A stretch of 64,000 nt of DNA from an uncultured Lachnospiraceae bacterium (lineage in GTDB: Bacteria > Bacillota > Clostridia > Lachnospirales > Lachnospiraceae), in assembly GCA_902476645.1 (NCBI GenBank), contig CABSEG010000002.1, forward strand, positions 4,632 to 68,631, read 5' to 3'. Below are positions 28,402 to 38,664 of this stretch, in pieces; position 1 is the stretch's first letter; every line of letters begins with the position of its first letter. Below the pieces are notes generated by a model. It was not told the origin of the DNA, did not search any database, and worked only from the letters and a program-made list of their open reading frames with translations. A program made the position numbers and the translations under genes.

Positions 28402-29673
28402 CTACTGAATCCCTGTCTCATTGATAATCTTATTACTAATTTCCTTTACCTTATCCGATGGCGTATATTCCTCACTGCCAAACAGCCACTGATGAAGCTG
28501 AAGCACATTCTGCTCCAAATTCACCGGGATTACGCAGTCCCCTGCGGAAATATTGGCGGTCTGCACCTCAAAGGGGAAACCGGTGGTATCCACCAGATTG
28601 TAGGAGGCGATATCCTTTGCCAGCCCCAACATCTCCGTGGTGCTCAGACTGGTCAGAATGCTTCCTGACACTTTATCAATAATCGAATTTAACGTCAACA
28701 AGTCTGTAGATTTTGCTTTTTTGAGTATTTGCTCCAAAACCGTTCTCTGACGTTCGGTTCGTTTATAATCGCTTCCCGTCGTATACCGGATTCGGCAATA
28801 AGATAGTGTCTGAAGTCCATTCAATGTCTGCATTCCCGCAGAAGTCACCGGAACGATTTCCTTTCCAGTTACCTGAGAGCCTTCCACCTGATAGTTATTC
28901 AGATGGGTAATCTCATCCTCCTGAACGTCAATTTCAATACCTCCCAGCTCATCTACCACTTCCGCTACCACGTTGAAGTCCACGGTCACAAAATCCTGAA
29001 TATCCAGGTCCAGATTCACGTTCAGCATAGCCATCGATCTCTTTGGGCCTCCGAAATAATAGCACTCCGTGGCCTTGCGGTATTCTCCGTTGGTGTTATC
29101 CAAATACGTGTCCCGGTAGACAGATACCAGCTTAATATCCTTTGTCTTATTGTTGATGCTGGCAATCATCAGCGCATCGCTGTGAGCATCCAGCTCCAGA
29201 TTTCCCTCTCTGGAGTCCACTCCGTACAGAGCAATATTGGTGTAACCGTCCAGCACTTCCTGCTCCTGGGGGGAAAGGGAGTCATTGACCACAATATCAT
29301 CCTTGGAGATCTCGGTTCTCTGAATCTTCCCCAATTTGGCGGCGGCAAACAACCCGGCAGCCAGAATCAGAAGAACTATGATTTCAATGGCGAAAATCAC
29401 CTTTCTTTTATTCTTTCTCTTCTTTCTGCGTCCTCCTGGTTCACGGGGATCTTCATAGTAACCACCCTGCTGTCCCGAATAGCCTTGTCTTTGGCTATAA
29501 GGCCCTTGCTGATAAGCTCCCTGCTGATAAGGTCCTTGGCTGTAATACCCCTGGCCATATCCGCCCTGCTGATAAGGACTCTGGCCGTATCTGCCGATAT
29601 TTCCCGGTCTCTGACGGCTGCGCCTGTCATTGGAAGGACTCTGATTTCCCCTGTTCTTTCTTCTTTCTGACAT
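28402..29673 (-). CDS. LytR-CpsA-Psr (LCP) family wall-polymer ligase with a Q/G/Y-rich cytoplasmic tail
   Basis: 423 aa. The tail reads ...YGQSPYQQGGYGQGYYSQGPYQQGAYQQGPYSQRQGYSGQQGGYY, followed by a basic stretch, one TM helix and an LCP core (NIALYGVDSR...SDALMIASIN...RDTY). Confidence 0.85.
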   Translation of the reverse strand: MSERRKNRGNQSPSNDRRSRQRPGNIGRYGQSPYQQGGYGQGYYSQGPYQQGAYQQGPYSQRQGYSGQQGGYYEDPREPGGRRKKRKNKRKVIFAIEIIVLLILAAGLFAAAKLGKIQRTEISKDDIVVNDSLSPQEQEVLDGYTNIALYGVDSREGNLELDAHSDALMIASINNKTKDIKLVSVYRDTYLDNTNGEYRKATECYYFGGPKRSMAMLNVNLDLDIQDFVTVDFNVVAEVVDELGGIEIDVQEDEITHLNNYQVEGSQVTGKEIVPVTSAGMQTLNGLQTLSYCRIRYTTGSDYKRTERQRTVLEQILKKAKSTDLLTLNSIIDKVSGSILTSLSTTEMLGLAKDIASYNLVDTTGFPFEVQTANISAGDCVIPVNLEQNVLQLHQWLFGSEEYTPSDKVKEISNKIINETGIQ

Positions 29674-29688
29674 AATGTACCCCTTTTT

Positions 29689-31095
29689 CTAATATGCGTT
29701 TTTGTTAATAAAACCTTTAAAGAAGGTCAGAATTAATATCTTAATATCAAAACCGACCGTCCAGTTTTCAATATAATACAGGTCAAATTCAATCCGCCTT
29801 TTAATGGAAGTGTCCCCTCTATAGCCACTGACCTGGGCCCATCCTGTCATCCCGGGACGCACCTGGTGCTTCACCATGTAGCGGGGGATCTCCTCCCGAA
29901 ACTTTTCCACAAACTGTGGACGCTCCGGCCTAGGCCCCACCAGACTCATATCTCCCTTTAACACATTAAAAAGCTGTGGGAGCTCATCAATACTGGTTCT
30001 TCTCATAAACTTTCCAAACCCGGTCACTCTCGGATCGTTCTTAACGGTCCAACCTGCTTTCTCCTCGGATTCCTTTTGCACTTCCATGGAACGGAACTTA
30101 TACATCATAAAGGGTCTCTTATTCAACCCCACCCGTTCCTGTTTAAAAATCAAAGGACCGGGAGATGTGAGCTTAACCGCAATAGCGGCAAGCAGCATCA
30201 CCGGCGAAAACAGAATCAGTGCCAGAGAAGCCCCTACTAAATCCATTACCCGCTTTACCATCATATTAAACGTGTTGCTCAGCGGAACATGGCGGATGTT
30301 AATCACCGGAAGCCCTAATAAATCCTCCGTATAGGGCTTCGTGGGTATAATGTTATTATAATCCGGTACAAATTTTGTATGCACTCCGGACTTCTCACAG
30401 AGAGCAACAATTTTCTCCAGCTTATAATACTCATTCAGCCCCAGTGTGATGACAATCTCATCCAGCCTGTTTTCCGGCAAAATCACCAGTAAATTGTCGA
30501 TCCGTCCAATCACCTTGATGCCTCTGTAGGTGGTTCCCCGCTCCACTTTGTCATCCAATACCCCCCGGATCAGATATCCCCATTGGGGGTTCATACGAAT
30601 CCGGTCAATATACTCTTCCGCCGCCCGGCTGTAGCCCACCAGCAACACATGCTTCAGGTTCATCCCCTTACGCCGGATATTCATCAGAGCCATCCGAATC
30701 AGGATCCGCACCAGAATTTCTGCCAGAATGTTGATGCCATAGAACATAAACAGCATGGGACGCGAGAAGTCGTCCAGGTGTAGCAGATATAGCACAAACA
30801 TGAAGGTGAGCAGCATCAGCGTGTTCGCTTTAAAAATATTACTGATCTCCAACCTTCTTCCCTGTACTCTTTTCGGCGTATACAGGCTGAAAGCATAGTA
30901 CAAAATCAACATGGCCGGCACAACGAAAAGTAACGCCTGCATGTAGGTTTCAAAAGACAATCTTCCCGTTGTTTCCGGCACAAAAAACGTAAACTGAATC
31001 GCCCAGGACACGACATAGGAGACTGAGATTACACAGGCATCTATCACCACGTGTAACCGGTTGAAAAATGTTTGATTATCCTTAATCAAATCCAT
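29689..31095 (-). CDS. Polyprenyl-phosphate hexose-1-phosphate transferase (WbaP/CpsE-like initiating enzyme)
   Basis: It has the C-terminal bacterial sugar-transferase motifs (SLVGPRPERP, PGMTGWAQV) and N-terminal TM helices. I chose the start at MDLIKDNQ (GGAGAG RBS). The track's TTG start at 31149 has no RBS, so the start remains uncertain. Confidence 0.8.
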   Translation of the reverse strand: MDLIKDNQTFFNRLHVVIDACVISVSYVVSWAIQFTFFVPETTGRLSFETYMQALLFVVPAMLILYYAFSLYTPKRVQGRRLEISNIFKANTLMLLTFMFVLYLLHLDDFSRPMLFMFYGINILAEILVRILIRMALMNIRRKGMNLKHVLLVGYSRAAEEYIDRIRMNPQWGYLIRGVLDDKVERGTTYRGIKVIGRIDNLLVILPENRLDEIVITLGLNEYYKLEKIVALCEKSGVHTKFVPDYNNIIPTKPYTEDLLGLPVINIRHVPLSNTFNMMVKRVMDLVGASLALILFSPVMLLAAIAVKLTSPGPLIFKQERVGLNKRPFMMYKFRSMEVQKESEEKAGWTVKNDPRVTGFGKFMRRTSIDELPQLFNVLKGDMSLVGPRPERPQFVEKFREEIPRYMVKHQVRPGMTGWAQVSGYRGDTSIKRRIEFDLYYIENWTVGFDIKILILTFFKGFINKNAY

Positions 31096-31177
31096 CACTC
31101 TCCAATCAATCCATCGTCTTATCATACAATATATGGCTTTAAAGGGCAACTAAATTTTTTCTTAAAATGACAACACA

Positions 31178-32137
31178 TTAAGGGGTTCGAAATAGTTTGA
31201 GCAGATTCGCCCAAAGTTCCAGCTGAATTTTACAGTAATTTCCAAAATTTTTCTTTTGAAATCTGACTTTTTTATCCTGCTCTGCCATGCTAAATCCTTT
31301 TAAAATGCCTTTGAAATATTCTCTGCCAAAGCCCCTTCTGGCAAAAAAAATCAGCTTTGTCAAAAAACCCACCAACAAAAAAGGGAGGTTTAACACCATC
31401 TGAAGTAGCGGCATGTTCTTATAGATCACATAAATGTTGTTTCTGGAAGAATGGCTGACTTTAAATGCATTGTAGCGGGAACCAGAGGTGCCGCTTCCCA
31501 CATGGTGCACCACAGCTTTTGGTAAAAACCAGTTCTCATATCCGAAAATCTTCGCCCGGTATCCCATATCCAGGTCCTCCAGATAGGCAAAATGGCGTTC
31601 GTCAAAATATCCAATCACCTTAAAAACCGCTCTGCGGTAAATGGCAGCCCCGGCACATGCGGAAAAAATTTTGCGTTCCTGCAGATAGTATTCCACAGGC
31701 TTGTCTTTTCCATAAGCAAATACCCATCCCAGAGCACAATAATAATCGCCGCCGTCATCCAACTTAGCAGGCTCCTTCATTTTTACCATACGGGAGGCGC
31801 AGGAAAAGGCCTTGGGGTGTCTCTTTATGCCAAGCAGCAATTCCTGCACAAAGCCTGGCTCAGCCTTCGTATCGTTATTTAACAAAATCACATACGGTGA
31901 GTCGGAAGCCTGAATCCCCTCATTGACTGCCCGGCAAAAACCATAGTTTTTTCCAAGCTCTAAAATCCGTACCCCAGGATACTCCGATTTTACATAGAGA
32001 ACACTCCCATCTGAGGAACCGTTGTCCACCACCACAATATCCAGATCCTTTTCGGTTTGACACAGGAGGGAATCTAAACAGTCTTTCAGATAAGCTTTCC
32101 CATTATAATTTGGTATCACAATCGATACTTCACACAT
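31178..32137 (-). CDS. GT2 glycosyltransferase
   Basis: 319 aa with VSIVIPNYNGKAYLKDCLDSL and VVVDNGSSDGS. The RBS is GGAAGGAGAG. Confidence 0.8.
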   Translation of the reverse strand: MCEVSIVIPNYNGKAYLKDCLDSLLCQTEKDLDIVVVDNGSSDGSVLYVKSEYPGVRILELGKNYGFCRAVNEGIQASDSPYVILLNNDTKAEPGFVQELLLGIKRHPKAFSCASRMVKMKEPAKLDDGGDYYCALGWVFAYGKDKPVEYYLQERKIFSACAGAAIYRRAVFKVIGYFDERHFAYLEDLDMGYRAKIFGYENWFLPKAVVHHVGSGTSGSRYNAFKVSHSSRNNIYVIYKNMPLLQMVLNLPFLLVGFLTKLIFFARRGFGREYFKGILKGFSMAEQDKKVRFQKKNFGNYCKIQLELWANLLKLFRTP

Positions 32138-32162
32138 ACAGCTCTCCTTCCTGCTTCCTTTC

Positions 32163-33296
32163 TCAATGACTCTGGAAAAATCTCTCTATGGCCTCCACTA
32201 CGCTTTCCTGGTCGTTTCTGGATAGTCCATAGTACATGGGCAGACGCAGCAGCCGTTCGCTCTCTTTCGTGGTATAGCGATCCTCCCCAAAAAAGCGCCC
32301 GAACTTTTTCCCGGCAGGAGCCGTATGGAGCGGCACATAGTGAAATACCGTATGAATCCCTCTCTCTTTTAGATAAGAAATCAGGCTGGCTCTTGTCTCC
32401 AGGTCTTTCACTTTTATATAGTACATATGTCCATTGCCTTTTGCATAAGCTGGGAGGAATGGTCTCTCTATGTATCCCTGGTCAGACAGGTTTTCAAGGG
32501 CCTGATGATAAAAAGTAAAGGATGCCAACCGATCCTGTAAAATCTCATCGGCACGCTCCAGTTGAGCCCACAAATAGGCCGCGTTGATATCGCTGGGAAG
32601 ATACGAAGATCCGTAATCTACCCAGGTGTATTTATCTATCTCTCCCCGGAAGAATTTACTCCGGTTGGTTCCCTTCTCTCTCAAAATCTCCGCCGCTTCC
32701 ATAAAGGTATCGGACTGAAACGCAAGTCCGCCCCCCTCTCCCATGGAATAATTCTTAGTCTCATGAAAACTGTAGCAGCCAAAATCCCCAATGGTTCCCA
32801 GGGCCTTCCCTTTATAGAAAGCATTCACGCCCTGGGCCGCATCCTCAATCACTTTCAGACCATGCCTGGCCCCAATCTCCATAATCTCATCCATAGCACA
32901 GGCAATCCCGGCATAGTGTACCGGGACAATGGCCCTGGTTTTTTCCGTAATGGCATCCTCAATCAACTTTTCGTCTATATTGAGGGTATCCGGTCGGATG
33001 TCCACAAAGACCAGCCGGGCTCCCCTCTGAACAAAAGCATCTGCCGTAGATACGAACGTATAGGAGGGCAGTATCACCTCGTCTCCTGGCCGGATACCGG
33101 CCAAGATTGCCGCCATCTCCAGGGCATGGGTACAGGAAGTGGTCAACAGTACATGGGCCACATGAAACTGTTCTTCCATCCATCTGGAGCACTGTCTGGT
33201 AAAGGTTCCGTCTCCACTGATTTTACCCAGCCTGACCGCTTGTTCCATATATTTCAGTTCTCTGCCCGTAAAGGGCGGTAAATTAAAATGAATCAT
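32163..33296 (-). CDS. wecE: dTDP-4-amino-4,6-dideoxy-hexose transaminase (WecE-like, DegT/DnrJ/EryC1 family)
   Basis: It appears collinear with E. coli WecE as I recall that sequence, including MIHFNLPPFTGRELKYM, SYTFVSTA, FHETKNY (PLP lysine) and GEDRYTTKESERLLRLP. I set the start at the ATG at 33294-33296, which has a GGAG RBS inside the rmlD 3' end. Confidence 0.85.
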   Translation of the reverse strand: MIHFNLPPFTGRELKYMEQAVRLGKISGDGTFTRQCSRWMEEQFHVAHVLLTTSCTHALEMAAILAGIRPGDEVILPSYTFVSTADAFVQRGARLVFVDIRPDTLNIDEKLIEDAITEKTRAIVPVHYAGIACAMDEIMEIGARHGLKVIEDAAQGVNAFYKGKALGTIGDFGCYSFHETKNYSMGEGGGLAFQSDTFMEAAEILREKGTNRSKFFRGEIDKYTWVDYGSSYLPSDINAAYLWAQLERADEILQDRLASFTFYHQALENLSDQGYIERPFLPAYAKGNGHMYYIKVKDLETRASLISYLKERGIHTVFHYVPLHTAPAGKKFGRFFGEDRYTTKESERLLRLPMYYGLSRNDQESVVEAIERFFQSH

Positions 33297-33301
33297 AGGG
33301 T

Positions 33302-34159
33302 TCACTCCGCTTTTTTTCCGATCGCTTTCAGATATCTTGAGAGAGCATCCTGCCAGGACGGCATCCTCTGAAAACCTTTCTCATCCAGTTTTTCCTTGCT
33401 CATTCTGCTGTTCATCGGACGTTTTGCTTTCGCCGGAAATTGATCGCTGGTCAGAGGCGTCACCTGCACCTGGTTCATTCCCGCCTGGCGGAAAATTTCG
33501 ACTGCGAACTCATACCAGCTACACAGCCCTTCGTTGGTGGCATGATAGCGTCCGTACTGTTCCGTCTCGATCATGTCCACCAGCAGTCTGGCCAGATCAT
33601 AAGTATAAGTGGGAGATCCTACCTGATCAGCTACCACTCCCACAGCCCCTTTTTCTTCCCCCAGACGCAACATAGTCTTGATAAAGTTTTTCCCGTTCAC
33701 GCCAAATACCCACGCAATACGAACCAGAAAGAACTTCTTTACATATTTCTCCACGGCCAATTCTCCCTCGTACTTAGTCTGCCCGTATACATTCATAGGC
33801 TCTCTGGGATCGTCTGGTTCCCAAGGGCGCTCGCCCTGCCCGTTAAACACGTAATCCGTGCTGATATACATCATCTTGATGTCCAACCGGCCGCAGACCT
33901 TTGCAATATACTCCGTGCCCAGGGCATTGACCTTCCTGCAAAGCTCCTCCTGCTCTTCAGCCGCATCCACTGCTGTATAGGCGGCGCAGTGGATCACTGC
34001 GTCCGGTGCCGTCTCAGTGATCACGCTCTCCACAGAAGCTTTATCCGTAATATCCATCTCCTGGATATCCACTCCGATGGCCTCATGGCCTCTTTTTTTC
34101 AGTTCGTTTACCACATCGAATCCCAATTGTCCTTTATAGCCTGTTACCAGTACCTTCAT
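33302..34159 (-). CDS. rmlD: dTDP-4-dehydrorhamnose reductase
   Basis: 285 aa with MKVLVTGYKGQLG, STDYVF and a YGQTK catalytic motif. Confidence 0.9.
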   Translation of the reverse strand: MKVLVTGYKGQLGFDVVNELKKRGHEAIGVDIQEMDITDKASVESVITETAPDAVIHCAAYTAVDAAEEQEELCRKVNALGTEYIAKVCGRLDIKMMYISTDYVFNGQGERPWEPDDPREPMNVYGQTKYEGELAVEKYVKKFFLVRIAWVFGVNGKNFIKTMLRLGEEKGAVGVVADQVGSPTYTYDLARLLVDMIETEQYGRYHATNEGLCSWYEFAVEIFRQAGMNQVQVTPLTSDQFPAKAKRPMNSRMSKEKLDEKGFQRMPSWQDALSRYLKAIGKKAE

Positions 34160-34175
34160 CGTTCTTTCTCCTCTC

Positions 34176-35981
34176 TTATGGTCTGATGGAATAGTCCCAT
34201 TGTTTCAGGGACAGATTGCAATTATAATAAGGATCCCCGCCCTGTAAGTATTTGATCCAGCGAGTTCTCATATACTCAATTTCCCTCTGAAATCTTCTGC
34301 GCTTTTCTTCCGTATCCTCTGCTCCCCTGGTTCTGGACTCATAGTGATACATCTCCACATCCGGATTGTACACCACCAGATATCCAAGCTCCCGCACCTT
34401 CAGGCACAGATCCACGTCATTAAAGGCAACCGCCAACTGCTCAGTAAAACCTCCGGCCTGCTGCCAGATTTCTTTTCGTATCATCAGACAGGCTGCCGTT
34501 ACGGCGCTTAAATCCTGCTGAATCACTGCCTTATGCATGTACCCGGTCCTTCTTCTGTCCATTCCCACAAACAGGCTCCCGGCCACGCCTCCAATTCCCA
34601 GCACAATCCCTGCATGCTGAATGGTGTTGTCCGGAAAATACAGTCTGGCGCCGGTGATACCTACCTGGGGACGCTGGCAATTGGATAAAAGCCCCTGGAT
34701 CCAATCCGGCGTAATCACTGTGATATCATTATTCAGACAGATCACATACTCCCCTTTTGCATGCTCTATTCCAAAATTATTGATGGCCGAGTAGTTAAAC
34801 GGCTTCTCCCACTCCAGGATACGGATGTTTTTCCACCTTTTCAGGGAATCATAGTATTCTCGAATTTCCTGGGTGACACTGTTGTTTTCCACAATTAGAA
34901 TCTCATAATGGTCATAGGTGGTAAGTCCCCGTATAGACTCTAAGCAGCGCTCAAGAGTCTCTTTTTCATCCTTGTTGGGAATAACAATAGATACCATAGG
35001 ATTGCCCTGTACCTGATACCGGATCCGGTAAAATCCCAGATCTTTCAGAGGTTCCACCGTACCGTTTAGGCCAACACGCTTCATATGCGCCTCCACAGCC
35101 CGCACTCCGGCCAGCACCGCATACTGCTTACCCATAGGATTGTCTGCCGTGGATCCTTTGTGAATCCTCCAGTGATATAAAATCTTTGGGATATGCACCA
35201 CCTTTTCGGCCTGCTCCGTACACCGAAAGATAAAATCGTGATCCTGGGCTCCGTCAAATTCTCCGCGCAATCCTCCCACCTTCCTGGCAAGGGCCGCCCG
35301 CACAGTCAGAAGATGGCAGATATAATTGTTTGAGCAAAGAAGATCTGGATTAAAATCCGGCTTAAAGTGGGGCTGGAAGTACTCCTTTAAATCCGAGGTC
35401 ACCTTGTCCTCATCCGTATACAGTACGTCTGCCTCCGGATGCTTTTCTATAGCCAGAGCCACCTCATACAAAGCATTTTCCGCTAACAGGTCATCGTGGT
35501 CAAAGAAAGTCAGAAACGCTCCCCGGGCCATCTGCATAGCGGCGTTGGTGTTTCCGGAAATGCCTGCGTTTTTCGAAAGCTCCTGATAACGGATCCTGGA
35601 ATCTTTCCCTGTGTATTCTTCCACCACAGCCCTGCAGACACCACCGTCCTGACTTCCGTCCGCGATACAAAGCTCCCAGAACGGATAGGTCTGGGCCTGC
35701 ACCGACTCGATCATTTGACGCAGGTATAGCTCCGGCGTCCGATAGAGAGGCACTAATACACTGATGGTCACAGGGTGCTTCCACTCCCGTTCCTTCTGCC
35801 GCTTTCGCTCCTCCGTTGTGAGCGCCCGCTTCCTTAACCATTCCTGGTAATCCACGTCCCCCTCCTCCAGACGTTCCGTCAGCTTTACGGCAAATCCCCG
35901 GATTCCAAAGTGACGCAGATACAAAAATCCTTTTTTAATATTGTACGGCGTCATGCGCCGGATTACACTTGCTAACTTCAT
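34176..35981 (-). CDS. Dual-domain GT2 glycosyltransferase (paralog 1; no N-terminal module)
   Basis: Two GT-A domains: VSVLVPLYRTPE...DHDDLL, then VSIVIPNKDE...NNDITV. An ATGA overlap couples it to the YfhO gene stop. Confidence 0.8.
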   Translation of the reverse strand: MKLASVIRRMTPYNIKKGFLYLRHFGIRGFAVKLTERLEEGDVDYQEWLRKRALTTEERKRQKEREWKHPVTISVLVPLYRTPELYLRQMIESVQAQTYPFWELCIADGSQDGGVCRAVVEEYTGKDSRIRYQELSKNAGISGNTNAAMQMARGAFLTFFDHDDLLAENALYEVALAIEKHPEADVLYTDEDKVTSDLKEYFQPHFKPDFNPDLLCSNNYICHLLTVRAALARKVGGLRGEFDGAQDHDFIFRCTEQAEKVVHIPKILYHWRIHKGSTADNPMGKQYAVLAGVRAVEAHMKRVGLNGTVEPLKDLGFYRIRYQVQGNPMVSIVIPNKDEKETLERCLESIRGLTTYDHYEILIVENNSVTQEIREYYDSLKRWKNIRILEWEKPFNYSAINNFGIEHAKGEYVICLNNDITVITPDWIQGLLSNCQRPQVGITGARLYFPDNTIQHAGIVLGIGGVAGSLFVGMDRRRTGYMHKAVIQQDLSAVTAACLMIRKEIWQQAGGFTEQLAVAFNDVDLCLKVRELGYLVVYNPDVEMYHYESRTRGAEDTEEKRRRFQREIEYMRTRWIKYLQGGDPYYNCNLSLKQWDYSIRP

Positions 35982-38647
35982 GATACTTCCTCGTCTCTTA
36001 TCGCTCTTCTGGTATAGCATACCCATGCGGCCAAAAGCAGATATGCGGCCAGGCTTCCAAGGCTTAATCCTAAGCCAGCTTTTAACAGCGGCGGGGTAAA
36101 CTTCAGTGTAAAGCTATGTGCCCCTGCCTGAACGTAAAAACCGGTGAGTCCATAGTCAGCCTGTAAAATCTCCGTCTCTTTTCCATCTACCTTCAGGCTC
36201 CAGCCCTGCTCATAGGGTACAGCCAGCAACACAATGCCATCTTCCGCAGCCTGCAAGCTTCCGGTAAGGAGATTATCCTTTTCCTGCCGATATACCTTTA
36301 CCTGGCTGTCCTCCGAATAAGTCGGCAGACTTTTGTTTCCATATACCTGAAGGTTCCTTACTGAAGCGTTTACCTTTCCTGCCCGGAATGCGATCTGAAT
36401 CTTTTTGGTTCCTGCCGGAAGGGTCAGCTCCACGTAGGTTTCTTCTCCCTCCTGAATCACAGTCTCATAAAAGCCGCTCTCCCCGGCAGTGACACCCACA
36501 TGGGTATCCCGGTCTGCGCTCAGTAAAAAAGAAACACAGATCTGTTCATAACCTGCCAGAGCTTTTCTCTTTACCGGAATGTTAAGCTGTTCTTTTTGAG
36601 AAACCTTCCACTCCGCCTTTTTTACGGCCCCGCCTATAACTTCCCTGGCGCAGGCAGTTAACAGCTCCTCTGTTTGATCCAAAGTTCCCTCCTGGGGAAG
36701 GATTACCGCCTGGGTCAGAAGCTGATTGGAATCCAGACTGTCCCGGTTTTCTTCATAAGCTTTCTGTGTTATAGAAGCCGTATAAAATTTCCCCGCGGAT
36801 GCGTTGTCCTGATTTTCGTATACAGACAGCTGATCAAATTCCCGGATTTTTTCAAAACCGGGAATATCCAAATTATTCTCCCGGGCCAACAGGTATTTTA
36901 CACCCAGCAGGGTCATTTTGGTCACATCCTGCTTGACATTTTGAAAATAAAAATGGTTCTCATCCACAAACAGAATGCCCGGCCAAATCTGTTTTGCAAA
37001 TTCCAGGACATGGCCGTTTACCATGGAATTATAGCTGCTGACAGGATTATAGCCCTGGGCCAGAGAATCCATACACAGGGAGCCGATATTAAACATCTTC
37101 TCTGTCCGAAAAAATTCCGGATCTTTTTCTTCCAGCCACGCCTGTGCCTCCTGAATGGAATCCCGGTATAGTTGATCAAAATAAGAGTCCGCATCTTTTC
37201 TGAGGGTCACCCGATTCTGATTAACCCCGGCCCCGTCACAAAACAAAGAAACCATAACTGCAAGGCTCAGACACAGATAGGCACCCTGCTTCCCTTTCTT
37301 TCTTCCATACCAAAACAAAGCGGCTCCCATGATTCCTGCCATGCAAAGCAATACCAGCAGCCCTCGTTTTAGCTCTTCTGTAGGCGCTGCCGCAGCTCCG
37401 GCCACATATCCAAAGCCTATGACAGCAAGCGCGGATACCAGCGCGGGAATAGAGACCTTTCGCTCCCTTCGGATCCGCTCCAGCGTAAATGCCATCATCA
37501 GAAGGAACACCGGAAGCAGCACAAAGGTGTGTCTGGAAAAAGGATACGCAAACCCATTAAAAGCTGCACTTCCCAGTCTGACCGTCAACAACATGAGCAC
37601 CAGAATTCCCACAGCTACCTGAATCCTTTTTTTGCGCCCGGAGACTTGTTGTCTGCGAAAGCCGGCCACATACTGAAATCCCAAGATCACAAACAGCGCC
37701 GTACAATACACGTTAGGTGCTTCGTAATAGTTGTTATTGCCAAACCAGGTGGCTCCATTGCCCTGTAGGTTACTGGAGAGAAAACGGCCAAGGAGGGTGA
37801 TATAATATTCCGGTTCGTAAAAATTCAGCATCGCGCCCAGACGTACCAACAGGCTTCCCTCTTGCTCCACCCGGCTGGTAACACCGAAAATCACGGCTGC
37901 GGAGGGCAGCAGCATCACGCAGCCCATACCGACTCCCAGCAGCATAAAGCCCGCTGTTTTAAAAAGACAACATACTCCCTCCCGGATGCCTTTTTTCTCC
38001 ATCCACAAAATCCGAAAGCACACATAGATTCCCGCTGCCAGCAGCGTCATATAGGACAGATACAGGCTGGAAAGCACAGAGACCCCACAGGCTAAGGTAA
38101 GTCCCAGGCCCCATCTCCAATTTCGCAGTTCCTTTTCAATCATCCATAAAATCAGAGGATAGAAAATCACCGCAGTGCTAAACTGATAGTGCTGCCCCCA
38201 CACCAAAAGGTAGCCGCTGAAGGCGTAAATCAAGGCGCAAAGCCCCTTCACCCTCTCCGAAAGTGGAAAGCAGGACAGATAACGGTAGCAAATCCAGCCT
38301 GCCAGCAGGATCTTTATGATATGATAGTAAACGAGATAAAAAGGAAGATGCTCCGGTCCAAACACTACGCCCGCCGCATACAGCAGCATCAGAAAGGGAT
38401 CCGCCAGGTTCAGCATAAACAGGTTGGTACCCAAACCGTAATGAAAGTCCCAGAAGCAAAAATCCCCGGCTCTTATATGATTGACAATGGTATTGTACTG
38501 CATCAGATACTGTTCCTGCGTATCTGACCCGTCATCCCCGAATACAAACAACTCCTGCCCGAATAGATATGTGTGAAAGATATACAGGCAGCCTGCCAGG
38601 ATCGCCAGACACAGAATCCACTGTAGCCTTCTGTCCGTCTTTTGCAT
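35978..38647 (-). CDS. YfhO-family polytopic membrane protein (GT-C-like extracytoplasmic glycosyltransferase)
   Basis: 889 aa with more than 12 TM segments and a large C-terminal extracytoplasmic domain. The N-terminal pattern (FGDDGSDTQEQY...DFHYGLGTN) is typical of YfhO. Confidence 0.75.
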   Translation of the reverse strand: MQKTDRRLQWILCLAILAGCLYIFHTYLFGQELFVFGDDGSDTQEQYLMQYNTIVNHIRAGDFCFWDFHYGLGTNLFMLNLADPFLMLLYAAGVVFGPEHLPFYLVYYHIIKILLAGWICYRYLSCFPLSERVKGLCALIYAFSGYLLVWGQHYQFSTAVIFYPLILWMIEKELRNWRWGLGLTLACGVSVLSSLYLSYMTLLAAGIYVCFRILWMEKKGIREGVCCLFKTAGFMLLGVGMGCVMLLPSAAVIFGVTSRVEQEGSLLVRLGAMLNFYEPEYYITLLGRFLSSNLQGNGATWFGNNNYYEAPNVYCTALFVILGFQYVAGFRRQQVSGRKKRIQVAVGILVLMLLTVRLGSAAFNGFAYPFSRHTFVLLPVFLLMMAFTLERIRRERKVSIPALVSALAVIGFGYVAGAAAAPTEELKRGLLVLLCMAGIMGAALFWYGRKKGKQGAYLCLSLAVMVSLFCDGAGVNQNRVTLRKDADSYFDQLYRDSIQEAQAWLEEKDPEFFRTEKMFNIGSLCMDSLAQGYNPVSSYNSMVNGHVLEFAKQIWPGILFVDENHFYFQNVKQDVTKMTLLGVKYLLARENNLDIPGFEKIREFDQLSVYENQDNASAGKFYTASITQKAYEENRDSLDSNQLLTQAVILPQEGTLDQTEELLTACAREVIGGAVKKAEWKVSQKEQLNIPVKRKALAGYEQICVSFLLSADRDTHVGVTAGESGFYETVIQEGEETYVELTLPAGTKKIQIAFRAGKVNASVRNLQVYGNKSLPTYSEDSQVKVYRQEKDNLLTGSLQAAEDGIVLLAVPYEQGWSLKVDGKETEILQADYGLTGFYVQAGAHSFTLKFTPPLLKAGLGLSLGSLAAYLLLAAWVCYTRRAIRDEEVS

Positions 38648-38664
38648 CTCGTCTTTCCTCCCAA

